DNA of 64,000 nucleotides from an uncultured Actinomycetota bacterium (lineage in GTDB: Bacteria; Actinomycetota; Actinomycetes; JAHEKZ01). Both the position numbers and the translations under genes were made by a program. The notes beneath the pieces were generated by a model. The model saw only the letters and a program-made list of their open reading frames with translations, was not told the origin of the DNA and ran no database searches. The stretch spans positions 768,001 through 832,000 of the forward strand of contig CAVQYR010000002.1 in assembly GCA_963718235.1 (NCBI GenBank), given 5' to 3'. Below, in pieces: positions 51,329 through 60,781 of this stretch. Position 1 is the stretch's first letter; each line of letters begins with the position of its first letter.

Positions 51329-51883
51329 CTACGGCGCCGGACCGAGGACCCACAGCACGACGGTCTGCCCGCCGGAGGAGTTGCGCCACCGGTGCGGCTG
51401 GGTGGCCCGGAAGGTGAGGGCGTCCCCGGCGTCGAGGACGTGGGACTGCGCCTCGACGTCGACCGTGAGCTGGCCGGAGACCACGTAGGCGAACTCGACG
51501 TCGCCGTCGAAGGTGTACAGGTCGGCGCCACTCGTGCCGTCGGGCGACAGACAGGCGCGGATGACGGTGAACCGCCGCTGGTCACCCGACGACATGACGA
51601 CCTCGTCGAGGCCGTGTCCACCGAACTGGAGCGGGGAGCCCTCGTTGCGCCGGACCACCGCGGCGCTGGGCGGGTCGAACAGGTCGCCGATCCGCAGGCC
51701 GACCGCCTCGCACACGGCGAGGAGCGAGGGGACCGACGCCGACACCTCGTCACGCTCGAGCCGGCTGAGGAAGCCCTTGGTCAGCCCGGTCGTCTCGCCG
51801 ACCGCTGCGATGGTCAGCCCGCGCGCATGCCGGGCGTCCCTCAGCTTCTGTCCGACGCTCGACCGGTCGGGGCGCGTGGGCAC
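51329..51883 (-). CDS. XRE-cupin regulator (PuuR-like)
   Basis: GQKLRDARHARGLT..GLTKGFLSRLER; EFAYVVSG..GDA..PHRWRN. Confidence 0.88.
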   Translation of the reverse strand: MPTRPDRSSVGQKLRDARHARGLTIAAVGETTGLTKGFLSRLERDEVSASVPSLLAVCEAVGLRIGDLFDPPSAAVVRRNEGSPLQFGGHGLDEVVMSSGDQRRFTVIRACLSPDGTSGADLYTFDGDVEFAYVVSGQLTVDVEAQSHVLDAGDALTFRATQPHRWRNSSGGQTVVLWVLGPAP

Positions 51884-51891
51884 GGGCGGCC

Positions 51892-53283
51892 TCAGCCGTG
51901 GATGAGCTTCTCGAACGTGCGGGCGATGACTGAGGGGCGCCCGGTGCGAGCCTCCTCGGGATCAGCCGCCCCCATGGCGGTGAGCCCCGCGTTGACGCCG
52001 AGCCACCGCAGGGGTTCCGGCTCCCACTTGCGGGAACGGCGGTTCACCCACGGCAGCGTGGTGAGGTCGGTGTCCCGTCCGAGGATGAGGTCGGCCAGGG
52101 TCTGGCCTCCGAGGTGGGAGGTGCCCACGCCGTCGCCGACGTACCCGGCCGACCAGCCGAGCCCGGTGGCCTGGTCGAGCCCGACGGTGGCCCACCAGTC
52201 GCGGGCGATCCCGAGGGGGCCGCCCCACCGTGCGGTGACCTCGGCGTCGGCGACCTCGGGGAAGAGGTCGGCCAAGGTGCGTTGCAGCCAGGCGAACACC
52301 TTCTCGTCGCGGTCGAACTCCGGGTTCACCCGCGACCTGAAGTGGTAGGGCGCACCCCGGCCGCCGAAGGCGAAGCGGCCGTCGGCGGTGCGCTGCCCGT
52401 AGATGACCATGTTGCGCAGGTCGGCGAAGGTCTGCCGCTGGGACAGCCCGATCCGGCTCCAGGCCGCCTCGCTGAGCGGCTCGGTGGCGATCATCAGCGA
52501 GTACATCGGGATGACGTCGCGCTGGTGGCCGGGGAGGGTGGGTGTGTATCCCTCGGTGGCGCGCACCACGTAGGGCGCACGAACGTCTCCGCGGGTGGTG
52601 CGGACCACGCCGGGCTCGATCGCCGTGGCGGCGGTGTGCTCGTGGACGACCCCGCCACGACGCTCGACCGCCTCGGCCAGCTGACGGACGAGCTTCGCCG
52701 GGTGGATGGCCGCGGTGTGCGGGGTGTAGAAGCCACCCACGACACCCTGCGCCGCCGCCTGCTGCCTCGCCTCGTCGGCGGACAGCAGCCGGTAGTCCTC
52801 GTCGCCGAACCCCCACTGCCTGGCGTGCTCGACCTCGGCCCGCGCCTTGGCCAGCTGGACGTCACTGCGGGCGAGCAGCACCGTTCCGCCCTTGGCCCAG
52901 TCGACCGACATCTGCTCGGCCTCGACGACCCGCCCCACCTCGTCGACCGTGTCGAACATGGCCCGCTGCAGGCGCACCGCCTCCTCGCGCGAGGACTCGT
53001 GGGCGATCTTGTCCCAGGTGGCCGGGAACAGCGACGAGCACCATCCGCCGTTGCGCCCGGACGCGCCGTAACCGGCGAGCTCCTTCTCGACGACGACCAC
53101 GCGCAGCGTCGGGTCGTTGACGAGGAGGTAGTACGCGGTCCACAGACCGGTGTAGCCGGCTCCGACGATCGCGACGTCCGCCTCCACCGGCCCGGGTAGC
53201 GGCGCGCGAGGGGTGATGGGGTCGGGAAGCGTGCCCCACCAGAAGGACAGGCCGCGTGGGTCGGTCAGGGAGACGGGGCTCAT
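51892..53283 (-). CDS. FAD-dependent amine oxidoreductase (DAO family, PuuB-like)
   Basis: IVGAGYTGLWTA, GASGRNGG, HPAKL, ATEPL, GYVGDGV. Confidence 0.88.
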   Translation of the reverse strand: MSPVSLTDPRGLSFWWGTLPDPITPRAPLPGPVEADVAIVGAGYTGLWTAYYLLVNDPTLRVVVVEKELAGYGASGRNGGWCSSLFPATWDKIAHESSREEAVRLQRAMFDTVDEVGRVVEAEQMSVDWAKGGTVLLARSDVQLAKARAEVEHARQWGFGDEDYRLLSADEARQQAAAQGVVGGFYTPHTAAIHPAKLVRQLAEAVERRGGVVHEHTAATAIEPGVVRTTRGDVRAPYVVRATEGYTPTLPGHQRDVIPMYSLMIATEPLSEAAWSRIGLSQRQTFADLRNMVIYGQRTADGRFAFGGRGAPYHFRSRVNPEFDRDEKVFAWLQRTLADLFPEVADAEVTARWGGPLGIARDWWATVGLDQATGLGWSAGYVGDGVGTSHLGGQTLADLILGRDTDLTTLPWVNRRSRKWEPEPLRWLGVNAGLTAMGAADPEEARTGRPSVIARTFEKLIHG

Positions 53284-53939
53284 CGGGTCCACTTCCGGAC
53301 GTAGGACGGGATCGGGTAGGGGGCGGCCAGGTCGGGGGCCGGGACGGGGCGTCCGAGCACCTCGGTCATGGGGACTACCCCGGCCCAGATCGGCAGGCTC
53401 AGGTCGTCCGGCTCGTCGGTCGGCGGACCGTCGGCGATCTTCACGGAGGTCTCGTCGAGGGGCAGGGCGAGGACCAAGGTCGCGGCGAGCTCCTTCTTGC
53501 TGGGGTGTCGGGCCTCCTGCCAGCGACCGGGCAGCAGGTGCTCGGTGATGAGGTGCAGCGCCTCTGACTTGGCCGGACCGGTCACCTTCGTCGCCACGCC
53601 CAGAACCATGGCACTGCGGTAGTGCATCGACGACTCGAAGGTCGAGCGGGCAAGGACCAGCCCGTCCAGGAGGGTCACCGTCAGGCAGGTCGGCTGGCCG
53701 CCGGCGAGGCCGCGGAACAGTCGGCTGCCCGTGGAGCCGTGGAACAGGACCTGCTCACCGTCTCGTGCGTAGGCGACGGGGACGACGTACGGCTGCCCGG
53801 CGTCGTCGCGCACGGCCAGGTGGGCCACCAGCCCGGCGTCGAGAACGGCGTGCAGGGCCGCGCGGTCGCGGACCGTCTTCTCGGGGAGCCGGCGGATCTT
53901 GGTGCGCTTCGTCGACCCCGGAGGCGGTGGCGTGGTCAT
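53280..53939 (-). CDS. Pyridoxamine 5'-phosphate oxidase-like flavin-binding protein
   Basis: LDAGLVAHL, FHGSTGSR, DGLVLARS.F..SMHYRS, WAGVVP. Confidence 0.88.
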   Translation of the reverse strand: MTTPPPPGSTKRTKIRRLPEKTVRDRAALHAVLDAGLVAHLAVRDDAGQPYVVPVAYARDGEQVLFHGSTGSRLFRGLAGGQPTCLTVTLLDGLVLARSTFESSMHYRSAMVLGVATKVTGPAKSEALHLITEHLLPGRWQEARHPSKKELAATLVLALPLDETSVKIADGPPTDEPDDLSLPIWAGVVPMTEVLGRPVPAPDLAAPYPIPSYVRKWTR

Positions 53940-54028
53940 GGTGTCTCCCGTCATGGCGTCCGTTGCACGGCGTGGGGCTCGCGACGTCGTCGCCGCGAGC
54001 CCCACGCCGTGAGAACCGTTCTGACCGC

Positions 54029-55426
54029 TTAGAGGATGCCCCAGGCCTCGGTGAGGACCGAGCGAAGGATCTGCTCGATCTCGTCGAACTCCTTCTGACC
54101 GACGATCAGCGGCGGCGCGAGCTGGATGACGGGGTCGCCGCGGTCGTCGGCCCGGCAGTACAGGCCGTTGTCGTACAGCGCCTTGGACAAGAAGCCACGC
54201 AGGAGCCGCTCGGCCTCGTCGTCGTCGAACGTCTCCTTGGTCGCCTTGTCCTTGACCAGCTCGATCCCGTAGAAGTAGCCGGCGCCTCGGACGTCGCCGA
54301 CGATCGGTAGGTCGTTGAGCTTCTCCAAGGTCGACCGGAACGCACCCTCGTTGGCCTGGACGTGCTCGTTGAGCCCTTCGCGGGCGAAGATGTCGAGGTT
54401 GGCGAGGGCGACGGCGGCAGCAACCGGGTGACCGCCCCAGGTGTACCCGTGGGCGAAGTAGTTCGTACCGGTGGCGAACGGCTCGAACAGGCGGTCGCTC
54501 ACGATCATCGCGCCCAGTGGTGCGTAGCCGGAGGTGAGCCCCTTCGCCGAGGTGATGATGTCCGGCGTCACGCCGTAGCGCTTGGTGGCGAAGTAGTCGC
54601 CGATCCGGCCGTAGGCACAGATGGTCTCGTCCGACACGTAGAGCACGTCGTACTGGTCGCAGATCTCGCGCACCCGCTGGAGGTACCCCGGCGGCGGCGG
54701 GAAGCAGCCTCCTGAGTTCTGCACCGGCTCGAGGAACACCGCGGCCACGGTGTCCGGACCCTCGAACAAGATGGCCTCCTCGATCCGGTCGGCGGCCCAG
54801 CGGCCGAACGCCGTGAGGTCGTCACCGTGCTCGGGCGCGCGGTAGAAGTTGGTGTTCGGCACCTTGACCGCGCTGGGGACCAGCGGCTCGAAGTACATCT
54901 TGGCGTCGGGGATCCCCGTGATCGACAGGGCGCCGTGCGGCGTGCCGTGGTAGGCGATCGAGCGACTGATCACCTTGTGCTTCATGGGCTTGCCGGTGAG
55001 CTTGAAGTACTGCTTGGCCAGCTTCCAGGCGCTCTCGACCGCCTCGCCCCCACCGGAGGTGAAGAAGACCCGGTTGAGGTCGCCGGGCGCGAGCTCGGCC
55101 AAGCGGTCGGCGAGCTCGATCGCGGCCGGGTGGGCGTAGGACCAGATCGGGAAGAAGGCGAGCTCGCTGGCCTGCTTGGCCATCACCTCGGCCAGCTCGG
55201 TGCGTCCGTGCCCTGCCTGGACCACGAACAGCCCGGCGAGGCCGTCGAGGTACTTCTTGCCCTGGTCGTCCCAGATGTAGGCGCCGTCGCCCCGGGTGAT
55301 CACGGGGACGTGACCTCCTTGGGTGTACGTCGACATCCGGGTGAAGTGCATCCAGAGGTGGTCGCGGGCCTTGTCGGCCAGCTCGTCGTCGCCGCTCTCG
55401 GCCACGAACTGCGGTGAAACGGTCAT
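54029..55426 (-). CDS. Class III PLP aminotransferase (polyamine/omega-amino acid type)
   Basis: LWMHFT, GGGEAVE, YHG, EPVQ, DETICAYGR, SAKG. Confidence 0.92.
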   Translation of the reverse strand: MTVSPQFVAESGDDELADKARDHLWMHFTRMSTYTQGGHVPVITRGDGAYIWDDQGKKYLDGLAGLFVVQAGHGRTELAEVMAKQASELAFFPIWSYAHPAAIELADRLAELAPGDLNRVFFTSGGGEAVESAWKLAKQYFKLTGKPMKHKVISRSIAYHGTPHGALSITGIPDAKMYFEPLVPSAVKVPNTNFYRAPEHGDDLTAFGRWAADRIEEAILFEGPDTVAAVFLEPVQNSGGCFPPPPGYLQRVREICDQYDVLYVSDETICAYGRIGDYFATKRYGVTPDIITSAKGLTSGYAPLGAMIVSDRLFEPFATGTNYFAHGYTWGGHPVAAAVALANLDIFAREGLNEHVQANEGAFRSTLEKLNDLPIVGDVRGAGYFYGIELVKDKATKETFDDDEAERLLRGFLSKALYDNGLYCRADDRGDPVIQLAPPLIVGQKEFDEIEQILRSVLTEAWGIL

Positions 55427-55896
55427 CGGGTTCCCCAGGTGTAGATCTGTTTACGGAGCTTCAGGTAGACGAAGCTTTCGGTGTGGCGGACGCCGGGGAT
55501 GCCCCGGATCCGACGGTTGATCACGTCGAGCAGGTGGTCGTCGTCCTCGCAGACGACTTCGACGAGGATGTCGTACGCGCCGGCGGTGATCACGACGTAG
55601 TCGACCTCCGGCATGGCCTCGAGCTTCTCGGCGACGACTTCCATGTCGCCCTCGACCCGGACCCCGATCATCGCCATCCGGGTGAAGCCCACGGACAGCG
55701 GGTCAGTGACCGCGACGATCTGCATCGCTCCGGAGTCCAGCAGACGCTGGACCCGTTGGCGCACCGCGGCCTCGGAGAGACCGACGGCCTTGCCGATGGC
55801 GGCATAGGGACGTCGGCCGTCCTCCTGGAGCTGCTCGATGATCGCCTTCGACACGTCGTCGAGGACGCTCCCGTTGCTCCGGTCGCGGCTGGCCAC
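55423..55896 (-). CDS. Lrp/AsnC family regulator
   Basis: LQEDGRRPYAAIGKAVGLSEAAVRQRV; CAGGAT-N7-GTG start; ATGA-coupled to the aminotransferase. Confidence 0.93.
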   Translation of the reverse strand: MASRDRSNGSVLDDVSKAIIEQLQEDGRRPYAAIGKAVGLSEAAVRQRVQRLLDSGAMQIVAVTDPLSVGFTRMAMIGVRVEGDMEVVAEKLEAMPEVDYVVITAGAYDILVEVVCEDDDHLLDVINRRIRGIPGVRHTESFVYLKLRKQIYTWGTR

Positions 55897-55934
55897 GGGA
55901 AGCATCCTGGCCAACGGAAGTGGCCTTTGGCAAG

Positions 55935-56010
55935 TGAATCCGCAGCAGAACCGACGTTCCTCGACTGATTCAGTCTGTCGATCCGCAGAATCCTGCCGGA
56001 ATCTGTCGCA
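55935..56010. promoter_or_regulatory. Phased GAATCC-like boxes, candidate Lrp array
   Basis: GAATCC 55936, GATTCA 55967, GAATCC 55988, GAATCT 55999. Confidence 0.55.
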
Positions 56011-56067
56011 ACCGAGCCCGGAGGTCTAGGCTGGGGGGGACGGTCCCCGTGCGACGTGGCGACCGCC

Positions 56068-56103
56068 CAGAACCAGCCCAAGAACCAGCCCAAAGACCAG
56101 CCC
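56068..56103 (+). repeat. 3 x 12-bp imperfect tandem repeat upstream of the aldehyde dehydrogenase
   Basis: CAGAACCAGCCC / AAGAACCAGCCC / AAAGACCAGCCC. Confidence 0.75.
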
Positions 56104-56119
56104 CGTGCAAGGAGACCCC

Positions 56120-57562
56120 GTGAGCGACCGCGTGTACCGCAACTTCATCAACGGCGAGTCCGTCGACTCCGCCGACGGCCAGATGATGGATCTGGTCAAC
56201 CCCACCACCGGCGAGGTCTACGCCCAGGCCGCCAACTCCGGCGCTGAGGACGTCGACCGTGCCTTCGGCGCCGCCGCAGCCGCCTTCGAGACCTGGAAGG
56301 ACAGCACGCCGTCCGAGCGGTCGCTGGCGCTGCTGAAGATCGCCGACGCGATCGAGGCCCACGCCGACGAGCTGGTCGCCCTCGAGAGCGAGAACACCGG
56401 GAAGCCGCTGGCCCTGACCCTGAGCGACGAGATCCCTCCCATGGTCGACCAGATCCGGTTCTTCGCCGGGGCCGCGCGCAACCTGGAGGGTCGGGCTGCC
56501 GCGGAGTACATGGCCGGGCACACCTCGATGATCCGGCGCGAGCCGGTCGGAGTGGTCGGTCAGGTCGCACCGTGGAACTACCCGATGATGATGGCCACCT
56601 GGAAGTACGCGCCGGCGGTCGCGGCCGGTTGCACGACGGTGCTCAAGCCTTCGGACACCACTCCCGTCTCGACCGTCCGGATGGCCGAGATCGCAGCCGA
56701 GTTCCTCCCGCCGGGCGTCCTCAACGTGGTGACCGGCGACCGTGACACCGGTCGGGCACTGGTCGACCACCCGACCCCGCGCCTGATCTCCATCACCGGG
56801 TCCACCCGGGCCGGCATGCAGATCGCCGAGGCCGCGAGCAAGGACCTCAAGCGGCTGCACCTGGAGCTCGGAGGCAAGGCGCCGGTCATCATCTTCGACG
56901 ACGCCGACATCGCCGCCGCAGCCGAGGCCATCGCGGTGGCCGGCTACTTCAACGCCGGCCAGGACTGCACGGCAGCGACTCGAGTCATCGCCGCTCCCGG
57001 CGTCTACGACGACTTCGTCGCCGCGCTCACCGAGCAGGCGGCCGGCGTGGTCACGACCTACGACAACGGACCGTCCGACGAGGACGCCCTGCTGCCCCCG
57101 GTGAACAACATCAACCAGTACGAGAGGGTGCTCGGCTTCTTCGACCGGCTGCCGGACCACGCACGGATCACCACCGGTGGCGAGAAGATCGGTGACCACG
57201 GCTTCTTCATCAAGCCCAGCGTGATCGCTGACGTGCGTCAGGACGACGAGGTCATCCAGAGCGAGATCTTCGGCCCGGTGATCACCGTGCAGAAGTTCGG
57301 TGACGAGGCCGAAGCCCTGCGCTACGCGAACGGCGTCGACTACGGCCTGGCGTCGAGTGTGTGGACCCGTGACTTCGGTCGAGCGATGCGCATGGCCAAG
57401 GGGCTCGACTTCGGCTGCGTGTGGATCAACACCCACATCCCGCTGGTCGCCGAGATGCCGCACGGTGGCTTCAAGCACTCCGGGTACGGCAAGGACCTCT
57501 CGATGTACGGGTTCGACGACTACACGCGCGTCAAGCACGTGATGGCGAACATCGACTCCTGA
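56120..57562 (+). CDS. Gamma-aminobutyraldehyde dehydrogenase-like ALDH
   Basis: [38 protein letters not shown]. Confidence 0.9.
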   Translation: MSDRVYRNFINGESVDSADGQMMDLVNPTTGEVYAQAANSGAEDVDRAFGAAAAAFETWKDSTPSERSLALLKIADAIEAHADELVALESENTGKPLALTLSDEIPPMVDQIRFFAGAARNLEGRAAAEYMAGHTSMIRREPVGVVGQVAPWNYPMMMATWKYAPAVAAGCTTVLKPSDTTPVSTVRMAEIAAEFLPPGVLNVVTGDRDTGRALVDHPTPRLISITGSTRAGMQIAEAASKDLKRLHLELGGKAPVIIFDDADIAAAAEAIAVAGYFNAGQDCTAATRVIAAPGVYDDFVAALTEQAAGVVTTYDNGPSDEDALLPPVNNINQYERVLGFFDRLPDHARITTGGEKIGDHGFFIKPSVIADVRQDDEVIQSEIFGPVITVQKFGDEAEALRYANGVDYGLASSVWTRDFGRAMRMAKGLDFGCVWINTHIPLVAEMPHGGFKHSGYGKDLSMYGFDDYTRVKHVMANIDS

Positions 57563-57574
57563 CCGAAGTCCAAC

Positions 57575-57620
57575 CAGTGAGGGGGAGTGTGCGCACCGCA
57601 CGCTCCCCCTCACTGTGTTG
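57575..57620 (+). terminator. Intrinsic terminator-like 19-bp hairpin
   Basis: CAGTGAGGGGGAGTGTGCG-cac-CGCACGCTCCCCCTCACTG then TGTTG, just after the stop. Confidence 0.8.
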
Positions 57621-57811
57621 CGCTGCGGAACGGATCCAGGGCCAGCAGAGTCGTGCGGTGGGTCCGACGCTCGAGTGTCCCGGTCCCGTTCGAGCAGCCG
57701 GTGCAGGGCGAGCGCAGCCGCGCTGCGTTCGACGAGCAGGACGTCCGGCGGCCTGCCAAGACGCCCGCGGAGGGTGTCCTTTCCGGGGTGTCGCGGGGTC
57801 CCGACAGCCTC

Positions 57812-57856
57812 TGAATCCGTTGCAGGGCCTTGACGACGCCACGGAATCCCTTGTCA
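57812..57856. promoter_or_regulatory. Second GAATCC pair (31-bp spacing) upstream of ALDH 2
   Basis: TGAATCCGTTGCAG and CGGAATCCCTTG; resembles TGAATCCGCAGCAG at 55935. Confidence 0.55.
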
Positions 57857-57935
57857 CCTCGTGCGCTCTCTGTCAGGATCGGCGGCCGGGACGTGACGTT
57901 CAGGGGCGCCGCACGTCGCGGCTGAGGAGGTGCAC

Positions 57936-59420
57936 GTGAGCGGCAGTCAGTACATCGCCGGGCGACGAGTGTCAGGCACGTCAGGCACCAGCCACGACCT
58001 GATCGACCCGTCGAACGGGGAGGTCATCACCGAGCTCGACCTGGCCGGTCCTGACGACGTCGACGCCGCAGTGGCCGCGGCCAAGGCAGCGTTCCCCGAG
58101 TGGGCGGGAGCGACCCCGGCGGCGCGCTCAGACGCGCTCCATCGCTTCTCCGCCGTGCTGGCCGAGCGCGCCGCCGAGCTCGCGGAGGTCGAGAGCCGCC
58201 AAGCGGGCAAGCCGATCAAGCTCACGACCGAGTTCGACGTGCCGGGCACGATCGACAACACCTCGTTCTTCGCGGGTGCCGCACGCAACCTCGAGGGAAA
58301 GGCCAGTGGCGAGTACAGCGGTGACCACACGTCGTCGATCCGTCGCGAGCCGATCGGGGTGGTCGGCTCGATCGCGCCGTGGAACTACCCCCTCCAGATG
58401 GCTGGATGGAAGGTGCTGCCGGCGATCGCCGCGGGCAACACCATCGTCCTGAAGCCGGCCGAGCTCACCCCGCTCACGTCCCTCATGTTCGCCGAGGCCG
58501 CGACGGCAGCCGGGATCCCAGACGGCGTGGTGAACGTCCTGACCGGCCGGGGCTCCGTCGCCGGGCAGCACCTGATGGCCCACCCCGATGTGTCGATGGT
58601 GTCGTTCACCGGCTCCACGCCGGTCGGGCAGCAGGTGATGCAGACCGCCGCTGGGACGGTGAAACGGGTGCACCTCGAGCTCGGTGGCAAGGCACCCTTC
58701 GTGGTCTTCGACGACGCCGACCTCGATGCTGCGGTGAACGGTGCCGTTGCCGGCTCGCTGATCAACAGCGGCCAGGACTGCACGGCGGCCACGCGGGCCT
58801 ACGTCCAGCGACCGTTGTACGACGCGTTCGTGCAGGGAGTCGGCGACGTCATGCGTACCGTCCGGCTCGGGCCGACGGCAGACCCGAGCACCGACCAGGG
58901 GCCGCTGATCTCGCGCAGGCAGCAGGCCAACGTCGCAGGCTTCGTCGACCGCGCGCGAGGCTATGGCGCCAAGGTCGTCTGCGGCGGGTCCATCCCCGGC
59001 GGCGAGCTGTCGGTCGGCTCGTACTACGAGCCGACGCTCGTGGTCGACGTCGCGCAGGACAGCGAGATCGTCCAGCAGGAGATCTTCGGTCCCGTGCTGG
59101 TCGTGCTCCCGTTCGACAGCGACGACGACGGGTTCCGGATGGCCAACGACACGCCGTTCGGCCTGGCCGCGTCGGTGTGGACCACCGACGTGTTCCGCGC
59201 ACTGCGGGGTGCCGCCGAGATCCGGTCTGGCTGCGTCTGGGTGAACGACCACATCCCGATCATCAGCGAGATGCCACACGGGGGTTACAAGCAGTCCGGC
59301 TTCGGCAAGGACATGAGCCAGTACTCCCTCGACGAGTACACCAACGTCAAGCACGTCATGTACGACCGGACTGCAGCCGTGCGCAAGGACTGGCACCGCA
59401 CTGTCTTCGGTGACCGTTGA
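57936..59420 (+). CDS. Second aminoaldehyde dehydrogenase paralog
   Basis: PWNYP, ELGGKAP, NSGQDCTA, EIFGPV, SGFGKDMS; GAGGAGG SD. Confidence 0.9.
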   Translation: MSGSQYIAGRRVSGTSGTSHDLIDPSNGEVITELDLAGPDDVDAAVAAAKAAFPEWAGATPAARSDALHRFSAVLAERAAELAEVESRQAGKPIKLTTEFDVPGTIDNTSFFAGAARNLEGKASGEYSGDHTSSIRREPIGVVGSIAPWNYPLQMAGWKVLPAIAAGNTIVLKPAELTPLTSLMFAEAATAAGIPDGVVNVLTGRGSVAGQHLMAHPDVSMVSFTGSTPVGQQVMQTAAGTVKRVHLELGGKAPFVVFDDADLDAAVNGAVAGSLINSGQDCTAATRAYVQRPLYDAFVQGVGDVMRTVRLGPTADPSTDQGPLISRRQQANVAGFVDRARGYGAKVVCGGSIPGGELSVGSYYEPTLVVDVAQDSEIVQQEIFGPVLVVLPFDSDDDGFRMANDTPFGLAASVWTTDVFRALRGAAEIRSGCVWVNDHIPIISEMPHGGYKQSGFGKDMSQYSLDEYTNVKHVMYDRTAAVRKDWHRTVFGDR

Positions 59421-59471
59421 CACGACTCGCACGTCCGGGCTGCAGCATCCTCGTCGCGTAGGATCCACGAC

Positions 59472-60695
59472 ATGGCGGATCCTGGCGGCTCGACGTCCGT
59501 CTTCGGCGGAGGCTCACCAGACACCGGTCTGAGTGCGTTGTCCCGACGGGGATTCCTGCGCGGGGTCGGTGCTGGGGGTGTGGCGACGGCCGCCGCTGGC
59601 GTCCTCGCCGCCTGTGGCGGCGCCGCCGAGGAGCCCGATGCCAGTGGTACCGCCACACCGACACCGACCGACGCCCTTGTCATCTCCAACTGGCGTGCCT
59701 ACATCGACCGGGGAACCGTCGACGGCCAGCGGGTGAGTCCCACGCTGGAGACGTTCGAGGACGAGACCGATGTGATCGTCTCGTACAACCAGGACGTCAA
59801 CGACAACCAGGACTTCTTCGACAAGATCCGCAACGCCTTGGCGGCCGGCCAGCCGACCGGGCGTGACCTGTTCATGCTCACCGACTGGATGGCGGCCAAG
59901 CTCATCCGCCTCGACTACCTGCAGCCCATCGACAAGGCCAACGTCCCCAACGCCACCAACCTGATCGCCCCGCTCACCGACGTGGTCTTCGACCCGAACC
60001 GCGACTACTCCCTGCCGTGGCAGTCAGGCCTCACCGGCATTGCGGTCAACCAGAACGTGTTCGCGGGCGACGTCACCACCATGACCGACCTGCTGACCGA
60101 CCCCCGCCTGAAGGGTCGGGTCACGGTGCTGACCGAGATGCGGGACACGATGGGGCTGCTGCTGCTGGAACAGGGTTCCAACCCCGCCGACTTCACCGTC
60201 GACGAGTGGGAGCAGGCGCTCGGGGTCCTGCAGGAAGCTGTCGACAGTGACCAGATCCGTGGGTTCACCGGCAACGACTATCTCCAAGACCTGCAGCGCG
60301 GTGACATCGCCGCGTGCCTGGCGTGGTCGGGCGACGTCATCCAGGCGCAGTTCGAGGATCCCAAGATCCTCTTCAACCTGCCTGAGGCCGGAGCGATGCT
60401 CTGGTCGGACAACATGCTGATCCCCAACGGTGTGCAGAACAAGCTCAACGCCGAGGCGTGGATGAACTACTACTACGACCCCGAGGTGGCCGCGCAGCTG
60501 GCGGCCGGGGTCAGGTACATCTGTCCCGTGCAGGGGGCCCAGGACGCGATGAAGAGGATTGACAAGAGCCTGGTGGACAACCCTCTGGTGTTTCCCACCG
60601 AGGAGGACTACGCCAAGCTCTCGGTGTTCCGTGGGCTCACCGAGGACGAAGCCACCGTCTTCACCGAGCAGTTCCTCGCCGTGCAGGGCGGCTGA
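59472..60695 (+). CDS. PotD/PotF-like polyamine-binding Tat lipoprotein
   Basis: SRRGFL and LAAC; SNW..YID, WSGD, WSDNM. Confidence 0.88.
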   Translation: MADPGGSTSVFGGGSPDTGLSALSRRGFLRGVGAGGVATAAAGVLAACGGAAEEPDASGTATPTPTDALVISNWRAYIDRGTVDGQRVSPTLETFEDETDVIVSYNQDVNDNQDFFDKIRNALAAGQPTGRDLFMLTDWMAAKLIRLDYLQPIDKANVPNATNLIAPLTDVVFDPNRDYSLPWQSGLTGIAVNQNVFAGDVTTMTDLLTDPRLKGRVTVLTEMRDTMGLLLLEQGSNPADFTVDEWEQALGVLQEAVDSDQIRGFTGNDYLQDLQRGDIAACLAWSGDVIQAQFEDPKILFNLPEAGAMLWSDNMLIPNGVQNKLNAEAWMNYYYDPEVAAQLAAGVRYICPVQGAQDAMKRIDKSLVDNPLVFPTEEDYAKLSVFRGLTEDEATVFTEQFLAVQGG

Positions 60696-60781
60696 CGGTT
60701 GCCCGGTTGCAGGATTCGGCCCTCGCCCCCGAACGGCGCGAGTGTCGACGGTTGGGCATACTGACCGCCGAGGTGAGAACG

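Noticed and set aside
57616-57810. Small ORFs or an ncRNA between the ALDH genes
   Set aside because: No SD, convincing coding signal or recognisable RNA fold
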